Source: Patescibacteria group bacterium (GTDB lineage: Bacteria > Patescibacteriota > Microgenomatia > UBA1406 > GWC2-37-13). From it: DNA of 64,000 bases. The DNA lies in NCBI GenBank assembly GCA_023381015.1, contig JAMCTE010000016.1, forward strand, positions 46,071-110,070, written 5' to 3'. Position numbers and translations under genes: made by a program. Each line of letters begins with the position of its first letter. Position 1 is the stretch's first letter. Shown piece by piece: positions 27,654-36,134 of the stretch. The notes below the pieces were generated by a model. It saw only the letters and a list, made by a program, of their open reading frames with translations, was not told the DNA's origin and made no database searches.

Positions 27654-28673
27654 ATGCGTGTTTTACTGGATACACATATGCTGGGTCGCCGCGACACCGG
27701 CAATGAAAGATACTGGAAAAATCTGGCTTTGGCCTTAAACCATAATAAACAAGAAGTGAAAATAATTGGATATAATTTATGGCCGAGAAACGGTTTATTT
27801 CGCCTTGCTTTGGGATTAACCGCAGCAACAAATAAGGGCCGGGCCGACATCAACCATGTCCAAAATTTCGCTCCCTTGATAAAAACTGTTCCGTTGGTAA
27901 CTACCGTCCATGACCTTTGTTCAAAAACCCACATGAGCTTGTTTGGTTGGAAAACCAGAATAGCTTTCCGATTCTTCTTTAAACGAACCCTGAATTTATC
28001 CGACGCTATTATTTGCGTATCAAAAGAAACTAAAAACCAACTGTTGAAGTTTTACAAAATAAATCCTAAAAAAATCTTCGTTGTCTATGAAGCAGCCGAC
28101 GACTGTTTTTGCTTCATAAAAGATAAAGACAGTATCAAAAGATCATTGTTAAAAAGGTTCGACATCAAAGGCAAATATTTTTTGGTTGTTGGAGCTATAG
28201 AATCTAGAAAACTACCTTATGAAATAATCAACAGCTTTAACCGAATTCGAGACAAAATCCCGGGCGTAAAATTGATCTTTGCCGGGCCAAATAAACTTGG
28301 CATTAAATCGGCTCTTAACATAAGAACACTCGGCTATGTCACTGATGAAGAACTAAACCTTCTTTATAATGGTTCATTGGCTCTAGTCCATTTATCTTTA
28401 TGTGAAGGGTTCGGGCTGCCTATTGTTGAAGCCATGGCGACCAAGACGCCTGTCATTTGTAGCAATCTAGCTGTCTTTAGGGAAATAACTGGCAATCAAG
28501 CCATGTTTATCAAACATAGCCAAAACCTGTCAAAAACAATGGAATCGATTGCTAAGAACGATCGATTAAGAAACAAATACGGAGAACTGGGCTATAAAAG
28601 ATCCTGTCAGTTCTCTTGGCAGAAAACCGCTCAAAAAACCATAGAAATATACAAAAAACTCAGTAATGAATAA
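27654..28673 (+). CDS. GT4 glycosyltransferase (MtfB-like)
   Basis: TGNERY, TVHDL, EGFGLPIVEAM, FSWQKTA. Confidence 0.9.
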   Translation: MRVLLDTHMLGRRDTGNERYWKNLALALNHNKQEVKIIGYNLWPRNGLFRLALGLTAATNKGRADINHVQNFAPLIKTVPLVTTVHDLCSKTHMSLFGWKTRIAFRFFFKRTLNLSDAIICVSKETKNQLLKFYKINPKKIFVVYEAADDCFCFIKDKDSIKRSLLKRFDIKGKYFLVVGAIESRKLPYEIINSFNRIRDKIPGVKLIFAGPNKLGIKSALNIRTLGYVTDEELNLLYNGSLALVHLSLCEGFGLPIVEAMATKTPVICSNLAVFREITGNQAMFIKHSQNLSKTMESIAKNDRLRNKYGELGYKRSCQFSWQKTAQKTIEIYKKLSNE

Positions 28674-29616
28674 AAAAATATTTTTGTTTAGCGGCCTGAT
28701 CTTGCTGGAATTAACTATAATCTGTTACCTCTTAACTAGAATTGTCACAAGTAGAAATGGATTCTCCTACGGCGTCATTAATAGGAAAAATCTTGATATG
28801 ACGGCTTCCTCCGGTCTAAAGCATTTTTACGAACCGGTCCCGAACAGCATTGATAAAACTAACTCTTGGTCTTTGAATCAAGGTATAAATACAATCAATA
28901 ACGACGCTTTAAACGAAAGATTTAATTACGCCGTGGACAAATCAAAAGGCACCTACCGGATCATCACCTTGGGAGATTCTTACACTTATGGTTTATACAT
29001 CGATACCAAAGACAACTGGACGGAAAAATTGGAAGACATGCTAAACACCGAACTAAAATGCAATAATATCAATAAATTCGAAGTAATCAACCTGGCTGTT
29101 TATGGGTATGACTTCCAATATAACCTAGAAAGGTACAAAAAAAGGGGCATAAAATACCAACCTGATTTGATCGTGTGGTATATTACAGATCCTTTCCGAA
29201 TCACCGATCAAATTATTGACCTAGCAAATAAAATAACCGATGAGCTGAAAAAAAGAAATGACATAAAAAAAATAGACAGTTACTATCCTTGGAATGAAGC
29301 CTGGAGGCAAATCTATAATCAATACGGCCCGAAAGAAATACTCAACTTACAACTATCCTGGCTGAAAAAATTCCATAATTTATATCAAGGTCCCTTGGTA
29401 TTTATGTATAGCAATGAAAGAATCAGAGTCTCATTACAACACGTCTTTGACAAATTTTTAACCGACTATTACAACAAGAGCGGATCACTAGGGATAACCT
29501 TAACAAAACAGGATCATTTCCTAACTGACAATCACCCAAATCAAACCGGCCATCAAAAAATTGCCGAAACGGTATTTAACTATTTAATTAAAGATAAACT
29601 CATCCCTTGTCACTAG
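28666..29616 (+). CDS. SGNH/GDSL hydrolase-family protein
   Basis: IITLGDSYTYG, VINLAV, DNHPNQTGH; paralog of 24305-25270. Confidence 0.8.
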   Translation: MNKKIFLFSGLILLELTIICYLLTRIVTSRNGFSYGVINRKNLDMTASSGLKHFYEPVPNSIDKTNSWSLNQGINTINNDALNERFNYAVDKSKGTYRIITLGDSYTYGLYIDTKDNWTEKLEDMLNTELKCNNINKFEVINLAVYGYDFQYNLERYKKRGIKYQPDLIVWYITDPFRITDQIIDLANKITDELKKRNDIKKIDSYYPWNEAWRQIYNQYGPKEILNLQLSWLKKFHNLYQGPLVFMYSNERIRVSLQHVFDKFLTDYYNKSGSLGITLTKQDHFLTDNHPNQTGHQKIAETVFNYLIKDKLIPCH

Positions 29617-31303
29617 ACTTGCTTACTAAAAAATTTCCAATGATCAGGCAATCCATCTTTGTTTTCATAAAGTCACCGATCGCTTGCTCGGGCGTTTCCA
29701 CGATCGGCTCGCCTTTCAGATTAAAACTGGTATTTAAAACGCACGGAATGCCTGTCTGCTTATAAAATTCATCTACCAAAGCGAAATAACGGCCATTGTC
29801 TTTACTGACCGTCTGGATCCGGCAACTACTGTCGGCGTGGACTATGGCGGCTAGATCCCTCCTCTTCTCTTTTTTCACTGGAAAACAAAACGTCATAAAC
29901 GGAGACCAGGCGTTTTTTTCCGGAACGTCAAAGTATTGATGAACTTTGTCCTGAAGGATCGAGCCGGCAAACGGCCTAAATTGCTCCCTTAGCTTGATTA
30001 GGTTCATCTTTGTCTTCATCCGGCGGGGATTCGGCTTTGAAAGGATGGACCTGGCTCCAAGCGCCCTTGGACCATATTCGCACCTGTCCTGAAACCAACC
30101 GACGATTTTTCCTTTTGCCAGAAGAGTCGCCGTTTGTCTTATTAACTCGTGATCATCGGTAAATTTCTTGTATTTCAAACTGTGCCTTCGTAAACAATTG
30201 CTGATTTGGTTGTCCGAGTAATCCGAACCAAAATAAAGAGTCTTAATTGTTGCTTTTCGTCCCCGGCCATTTCCTAAAATATTGACGTGGGTAAATAAGG
30301 CTGACCCGAAAGCTGCTCCGCTGTCGCCGGCCGCTCCTAAAACATAAACGTTTTTAAAAGGAGTGTTTTTGTATATTTTACCATTGGCTAAAGCGTTTAG
30401 AGCGACGCCTCCTGATAAACATAGATTGTCCGTTTTAGTCAAAAAATATAGATGGTTGAGAATTTTAAAATAAATGTCTTCTGTTAGTGCTTGAATACTG
30501 GCGGCTATGTCTGCGTGCCTTTTTATAATTTTGTTTCTAGGTTCTCTGGAAGGCCCAAAAAGCTTGATAAATCTGGCATTATACATAGAAAAGCTCTCTC
30601 TGAAGCCGAAATAATCCATGTCCATTTTGAAACTGCCATCCTGTCTGACGTCAACAATCGATTGGATCTTGCTTTTGTATATTGGTTTTCCATAAGCCGC
30701 CAAACCCATTAATTTATACTCATCCTCGTTAACCTTAAAACCGAGGTAAGCGGTAAAAGTCGAGTACAAAAGACCCAATGAATCAGGAAAGTTTGTCAAC
30801 TTCATCAAGTCAATATTCTTGCCATTCCCTTTCCACAACCCGGTCGTCTGCCACTCGCCGACGCCATCGATCGTCAAAATGGCAGCCTTGGTAAAAGGCG
30901 ACGGATAAAAAGCCGCCGCAGCGTGGGACAGATGGTGCGGCGTGAAGAAAATTTTCTTTTTGAACCAGAGTTTTCTGATTGTTTGTTCAACCTTCAGTTT
31001 ATAATCAAGCCATTCGGGCATGCCTTTCAAAAAAGGCAGGAGGGAAGACGGATAGCTATCGACAAAGGTTTCCAAAATCCTTTCAAATTTGAGTAGGGGT
31101 TTCTCGTAATATGAAACAAAGTCTACTTCAACAGAGGAAATTCCGGCTTTTTTAAGGCAAAAATCGATCGCCTGATATGGAAAAGCGTTATCGTGTTTGA
31201 TTCTGCTGAAACGTTCTTCTTCAATCGCAGCCACGATTTGGCCGTCTTTCAGCAAACAAGCGGCGCTATCATGATAATAGGCAGATATGCCAAGGATATA
31301 CAT
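29600..31303 (-). CDS. Carbamoyltransferase (NodU/CmcH family)
   Basis: GISAYYHDSAA, EEERFSRIKH, HHLSHAA, GGVALN, GPRALGARS, NTSFNLKGEPIV. Confidence 0.95.
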   Translation of the reverse strand: MYILGISAYYHDSAACLLKDGQIVAAIEEERFSRIKHDNAFPYQAIDFCLKKAGISSVEVDFVSYYEKPLLKFERILETFVDSYPSSLLPFLKGMPEWLDYKLKVEQTIRKLWFKKKIFFTPHHLSHAAAAFYPSPFTKAAILTIDGVGEWQTTGLWKGNGKNIDLMKLTNFPDSLGLLYSTFTAYLGFKVNEDEYKLMGLAAYGKPIYKSKIQSIVDVRQDGSFKMDMDYFGFRESFSMYNARFIKLFGPSREPRNKIIKRHADIAASIQALTEDIYFKILNHLYFLTKTDNLCLSGGVALNALANGKIYKNTPFKNVYVLGAAGDSGAAFGSALFTHVNILGNGRGRKATIKTLYFGSDYSDNQISNCLRRHSLKYKKFTDDHELIRQTATLLAKGKIVGWFQDRCEYGPRALGARSILSKPNPRRMKTKMNLIKLREQFRPFAGSILQDKVHQYFDVPEKNAWSPFMTFCFPVKKEKRRDLAAIVHADSSCRIQTVSKDNGRYFALVDEFYKQTGIPCVLNTSFNLKGEPIVETPEQAIGDFMKTKMDCLIIGNFLVSKSSDKG

Positions 31304-31325
31304 AAAAATAATTCAAAAGTCAAAG

Positions 31326-31529
31326 TTAATAGGCCGAACGAAAATATTCCGAATCGAGTTTTGTCACCGAAACATCTTGCCAATGACTGCTCTGTTTGTT
31401 TCGCTTTTTTTTAAATAATTTGTATATCAAAGCCGTAAAACCTATTATAAAAACATAGAATAAAAATAAAACCGTTCCAATAAAAATATTGTTTAATGTT
31501 TTAAAAGATCTTTTGATCATGTCTATCAT
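31326..31529 (-). CDS. SxtJ-like small membrane protein
   Basis: One TM, SSHW motif near C-terminus; usual neighbour of carbamoyltransferases. Confidence 0.6.
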   Translation of the reverse strand: MIDMIKRSFKTLNNIFIGTVLFLFYVFIIGFTALIYKLFKKKRNKQSSHWQDVSVTKLDSEYFRSAY

Positions 31530-31678
31530 ATTATCGGATATAAAAAGACCGGTAAAGGAGAGATCTGGGCGCTGATGATCAATAAAGCGATGATGATCAA
31601 AAATAAAACTATCGGGATGATCCAGATCTTTTTTGTCTTCATTCCAAGAATAAAAATCTGTTTTATGGTTTCAAACAT
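31526..31678 (-). CDS. DUF5989/SxtK-like 50-aa membrane peptide
   Basis: Hand-translated MFETIKQIFILGMKTKKIWIIPIVLFLIIIALLIISAQISPLPVFLYPII; ATGA overlap with next gene. Confidence 0.75.
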   Translation of the reverse strand: MFETIKQIFILGMKTKKIWIIPIVLFLIIIALLIISAQISPLPVFLYPII

Positions 31679-31689
31679 AATTCTTAACC

Positions 31690-33348
31690 TCAATTGAAAG
31701 GACAACTGGCAACAAATAGCTCTCTTAAATTATATACTGTTAGCCGACAATTTAATTCCGATGACAGTTTTTTATAAAAAACGCTTGCGCTTGTCGAGTA
31801 TTTGCCCACTTTTGTTTCCACAAAAAACAGGTCAATCTGTTTCGCTTGAATAAAACTCTTGTTTACTTTCAAGTACCGTGACAAATTGCTCAAACCTGAA
31901 ATAAATCTAATATGTTGTTTTCTTGAGAATTTTGTATTAATGTTCAAAAAATAAAATGCAGTTGTCTGGTCAAAGTCGCTTTTCGGGTCTCTTGAAAACA
32001 AAAATATATTAATCCGATTGGACGTAGATAAAAATTCTGCCAGGCCTTGCCAATCATAAGGCGGGTCGACAAAATTGACTCGAGGAAAATAGGCAAAAAA
32101 ACTTATAAACATCAATAATAGCAATCCCGTAAAAAAAATTTTAAATCTTTCAAAATATCGGGCTACAAAATAACCTAGGCCAAAAGTTACCGCCAGATTG
32201 ACTACGAAAAGATTCCTGCCCAAAAATATCGGGTAGTAAAAAACGGTAAACATGGCGCTCAAAACCAAAGGAATCATAAATAAACAAAACATTAATACCG
32301 ACGCTTTAATATTGTCTTTTTTTAAAATATAGAGACCGGCCAGCGAACAAAAAACCAAAAACGCGGCGACTCCTCTGTTCAAAAAATTGATGACGGGCAG
32401 TAAAAACGATAAAGAAGCAATCCTTACATCAAATCGGGTAATATTAATGAACGAATCAATCAGTATTATTAATTTCTTGCTGTTAATAATCCTTCCGAAT
32501 CCAGGCAATAAATAGCCTGAAAAAAAATTGACATTTTCCGTAAAGAACAAGTTAAAAAATCCTTTGCTATCTAAAAGAGTTTTCGTCCCGACTTCAAGCG
32601 CCAAAGATTTATTGAGGTTCACCAAGAAAAGGGGTAAAGTCGTCAAACATAGTATTGCTGATAAAAACAATCCGAAAAATATATTTTTTATTCTATTGGT
32701 TTTTACGGAACGGGATTTGACAATAATTAAGATAAAAAACACTCCTAAAGAAAGGAGATACCAAATACCGCTGTAGTCGCTAAAAAAAATAAAAAAATTA
32801 GTCAAGGCAAAGAAGATTATTTTTGGAATCGGTTGTTTTTGATTTTTTTGGCCATGAATAAAATCAAGCAAAAAATAAAGAGAAATTAAAATGAACAAAA
32901 TCGTGAAGGGATATGGCCGGACTACCATATTCAAAGACATTTGGCTTTGGGATATGTCATAAAAAAACAGAACCAATAATGGAAAAAGCCTTTGCTTCTT
33001 GTCAATTTTTTTCGCTATTACGGGTATCAAATAAAGAATCATTGCTGACAAAAGCAAGCTAGGTAGTCTTAAAAAAAATGGATTGACGCTAATTTTTTGC
33101 CAAAAATGGAGAAAGATAAAGTATAAAGGCGGATGAGCCGTATCCCACTGCTTTTGCAAAATAAGATTCAAAACGCTGTTGTTTCGCGAACTAAAGAATA
33201 TATAAGCTTCATCCCTCCAAAGCTGGGTATAGAGGGCGTTTATCGTCCGTAAAGCCATGCCAAAGACGAGTAAAATCAATAGCCAAAATTGCTCTCTTTT
33301 ATCGAAATATTCATTCCAAAGGTTGATTTTCCTTAAAAATTTCTTCAT
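31690..33348 (-). CDS. GT-C (ArnT/PMT-like) membrane glycosyltransferase
   Basis: LWRDEAY, HPPLYFIFLHFW, LRLPSL, VRPY; many TMs. Confidence 0.8.
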   Translation of the reverse strand: MKKFLRKINLWNEYFDKREQFWLLILLVFGMALRTINALYTQLWRDEAYIFFSSRNNSVLNLILQKQWDTAHPPLYFIFLHFWQKISVNPFFLRLPSLLLSAMILYLIPVIAKKIDKKQRLFPLLVLFFYDISQSQMSLNMVVRPYPFTILFILISLYFLLDFIHGQKNQKQPIPKIIFFALTNFFIFFSDYSGIWYLLSLGVFFILIIVKSRSVKTNRIKNIFFGLFLSAILCLTTLPLFLVNLNKSLALEVGTKTLLDSKGFFNLFFTENVNFFSGYLLPGFGRIINSKKLIILIDSFINITRFDVRIASLSFLLPVINFLNRGVAAFLVFCSLAGLYILKKDNIKASVLMFCLFMIPLVLSAMFTVFYYPIFLGRNLFVVNLAVTFGLGYFVARYFERFKIFFTGLLLLMFISFFAYFPRVNFVDPPYDWQGLAEFLSTSNRINIFLFSRDPKSDFDQTTAFYFLNINTKFSRKQHIRFISGLSNLSRYLKVNKSFIQAKQIDLFFVETKVGKYSTSASVFYKKLSSELNCRLTVYNLRELFVASCPFN

Positions 33349-34724
33349 AGGATTTTTTTTGCCAACAATCTTAAACCATTTTTTACATATAAAATTGTGT
33401 ATTTATAATCTAAAAGATATGATAAAAGCTTACTAGGCCGACCGTAAAAATCGCGGTAAGCCTTTTTCAACATTTCATCTTGATTTTTTCTTGGAAAGTT
33501 CTTATTTTTTATAATAGCTTTTTCGCTGCTGTCAAAGTTTTTGATACCGTTATCAGTAAACATTTTTTTGGCGGCAACTTCTTCGTACAACCTCGTGCCG
33601 TAGTCAGGAGTCATGATGGAAAACGAGGCAAAATTAGGATCGAGCTTTTTCGCGAAATCTATAGTTTCCTGGGCCGTCTCGACATTATCTTTGGGAAAAC
33701 CGATGATGAAATAGCCGAGCGTCCTTATGCCGACTTTTTTGCATAGATCAAAAGAATTTTCTAATCGAGTCAAACCTTTGCTCGGAGCATATTCTTTAAG
33801 AATGCCTGGGTTGCCAGATTCAACTCCAATCTGAACGGTATGGCAGCCGGCTTTTTTCATAAGTTTTAGTAAGGGTTCTGACAGATTGAAGCTGTGGACA
33901 TTGGCGCTCCAGCTGAAACCATATTTTTCTCTAATTAATAGATTACAGATTTCTCCAAGATAAGGAATATATGTATTGAAAGTCGAGTCTTCAAAAAATA
34001 TTTCTTTGACCCCGGATTTTTTCATCTCGTCAAACTCTTTTTTCAGATCTCTAATGTCCCTTCGGTAATAAGTTAAAGCACTGGCAATGCAGAATTTGCA
34101 GTTAAAAGGGCAACCAAAAGAAGTCATCGCTGTCATCATCGGCTTATTTCTGATGATAGGCGTCGAATACTTGCCGATGGGGAAAAGGTGATATTGCGGC
34201 GGTTTTGCTAAACGAACTACCGACATGGGTTTCAAGCAGTTGATTTTTCCCAAATGCAGCGAATGGTCTTTATTGCGGTACGAGATTGACTCGCATTCGG
34301 TGTTTTTCCCTATTAGATAATCGACTATAGACGGATTAAAAAAATTGTGGATGATTCCGCCGACAAATGAATATTTTTTCAAAAAAAATTCCGGCCTGAA
34401 ACAAGGAGTATTTCCGATCAGGTAGATTTTTCTATTCTTCAAGGCTTTTAACCCGTTCAAATCTACCTGATAACTAACCGTACCGGTTAAAGCGATAATA
34501 ACTTCGGGATCAAACGAATCAATGATTTTATATGTTTCCCGCCAATTAATCTTTTCGGCGACGGCATCGATTACTTTAAGCTCGGATCGACCTTTCAGCA
34601 TTCCGGAGAGGTATAGTAAGTCTACCGGAGGCCAAATATAGCCGGACTTTGACGTAAAACAGCAATAATTGTCCCTGATAATCGGCCCTTTGTATGGGCA
34701 GTTCAAAAGGAGTATCTTCATCAT
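33345..34724 (-). CDS. B12-binding-domain radical SAM protein (HpnJ-like)
   Basis: PPVDLLYL, TSFGCPFNCKFC (CxxxCxxC), FEDSTF, IGVESG, YFIIGFP. Confidence 0.85.
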   Translation of the reverse strand: MMKILLLNCPYKGPIIRDNYCCFTSKSGYIWPPVDLLYLSGMLKGRSELKVIDAVAEKINWRETYKIIDSFDPEVIIALTGTVSYQVDLNGLKALKNRKIYLIGNTPCFRPEFFLKKYSFVGGIIHNFFNPSIVDYLIGKNTECESISYRNKDHSLHLGKINCLKPMSVVRLAKPPQYHLFPIGKYSTPIIRNKPMMTAMTSFGCPFNCKFCIASALTYYRRDIRDLKKEFDEMKKSGVKEIFFEDSTFNTYIPYLGEICNLLIREKYGFSWSANVHSFNLSEPLLKLMKKAGCHTVQIGVESGNPGILKEYAPSKGLTRLENSFDLCKKVGIRTLGYFIIGFPKDNVETAQETIDFAKKLDPNFASFSIMTPDYGTRLYEEVAAKKMFTDNGIKNFDSSEKAIIKNKNFPRKNQDEMLKKAYRDFYGRPSKLLSYLLDYKYTILYVKNGLRLLAKKIL

Positions 34725-35434
34725 AAAATTTTATAAAAACTGGTGTTGGAATCAAATGGCAGGTTCGGATGAACCACTAGGGTCAGTCTCTCTCTTATCT
34801 TTAAGTCGCTAAAATCTACTGATTTTCCTTCCCAACTCAGATAAACGTCGCTTCCCTCCCCGTCAATGACCCAAGTCAAAGGCAAGGCTATCTTTCTTCT
34901 ACCAAAAAAGTTGGAGATTATTGCTAACAACTTTAAAGTCAGATAACCTAATTTTGCTTTCAAAGTAAAACGTCTGACTTTTTTATACGAGCGGATGTGC
35001 TTGATCGAATATTTTTTCGCCATTTTTATTGTCACTTCGGAAAAAGGATAAAAAGCATGGAGGTGCTGATGGCTGTTTAGTTCAAAAATCGCTCTTCCTG
35101 ATTTAAGAAACTTCTTGATTTGCTGCTCTGTCTCTTTTTCGATTTCCTTGACATCAATCCTGCCTAAAATGGCTTTCAAAAACAAAACCGGGCTAGGATA
35201 AAAGTGCCCATTTTCATCGACCAGTGTTTTTAATCCCTTGGAAACAGGCTTGCCTTCGATATAATTCAAATGGAGACCAAAATCGACGTCCTTAGGCAAT
35301 TTATTTATCGTTTTCGAATCGGCAAAGTTGATTAAAACCGAAACTATGGAAAATTTTTTCACCTTAGAGACGATAAATTCCACCGACTTATGATCATAAC
35401 CAAAATCATCGGCGCTTAATCTTATACTATTCAT
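34721..35434 (-). CDS. YdjC/ChbG/HpnK-family carbohydrate deacetylase
   Basis: ADDFG, GLHLN, NSHQHLH, VHP. Confidence 0.85.
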   Translation of the reverse strand: MNSIRLSADDFGYDHKSVEFIVSKVKKFSIVSVLINFADSKTINKLPKDVDFGLHLNYIEGKPVSKGLKTLVDENGHFYPSPVLFLKAILGRIDVKEIEKETEQQIKKFLKSGRAIFELNSHQHLHAFYPFSEVTIKMAKKYSIKHIRSYKKVRRFTLKAKLGYLTLKLLAIISNFFGRRKIALPLTWVIDGEGSDVYLSWEGKSVDFSDLKIRERLTLVVHPNLPFDSNTSFYKIL

Positions 35435-36134
35435 CGACTAACTCCTTTCTTGCCTTCACCAACAAAAAAATTTCTTTAAACGATTGGATAAGTCGAGTTT
35501 TCGTCGAGAAACGGGATTCCCTAACCTCTTTTACCTCTACCGGTAACTCTATAACCTTCAGTCCATCTTTGACAGCACGAAGAACTAATTCCGTATCAAA
35601 AAAATGATGATCGGTGAGGTTTTTTTTAACGATCCTGATTATCTTTTGTTTTTTATAGGCCTTGATGCCATGAGTATCTCCTTGATAACCAAAAGCAATG
35701 TTAATAAACACGCTGACTAATCTTGTAACCAATATTCTTAATTTAGACCGGCTATCTTTTGATAGACGATGAAGTTTGGAACCAATAATGATATCGTAAC
35801 TGTCAAGTAATGATAAAGCTTCCTTAAGGAAATTGAGGTCGATGAAATCAACGTCAAGCTGAATGATATTGTCATATTTGGCCTTTTTGATTCCGATTTT
35901 CAAAGCCAAACCATAACAGGGTTTTTTTAACCTAAAGACTTTGACTTGAGGATATCCGCGGGAAATTTTTCTGGCTATTTTGAAACTACTGTCTTTACTC
36001 CCGTTTTCAATCAATAAAATTTCGAAATTCTCGATTTCCTTGATTTTTTTTAAAGCAAAAACTAATTGACCGACAGTTTTAGCTAACAATAATTCTTCGT
36101 TATATATCGGTATAAGGACAGAAATTGATTTCAT
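35427..36134 (-). CDS. GT2 polyprenyl-phosphate glycosyltransferase-like
   Basis: IPIYNEE, ENGSKD, LDVD, IGSK, DTHGIKAY, FFDTEL. Confidence 0.85.
   Translation of the reverse strand: MKSISVLIPIYNEELLLAKTVGQLVFALKKIKEIENFEILLIENGSKDSSFKIARKISRGYPQVKVFRLKKPCYGLALKIGIKKAKYDNIIQLDVDFIDLNFLKEALSLLDSYDIIIGSKLHRLSKDSRSKLRILVTRLVSVFINIAFGYQGDTHGIKAYKKQKIIRIVKKNLTDHHFFDTELVLRAVKDGLKVIELPVEVKEVRESRFSTKTRLIQSFKEIFLLVKARKELVDE

Noticed and set aside
29600-31678. Saxitoxin-like toxin cluster (SxtI/J/K similarity)
   Set aside because: This carbamoyltransferase plus two small membrane proteins cassette is widespread in surface-polysaccharide loci; no other sxt genes present.
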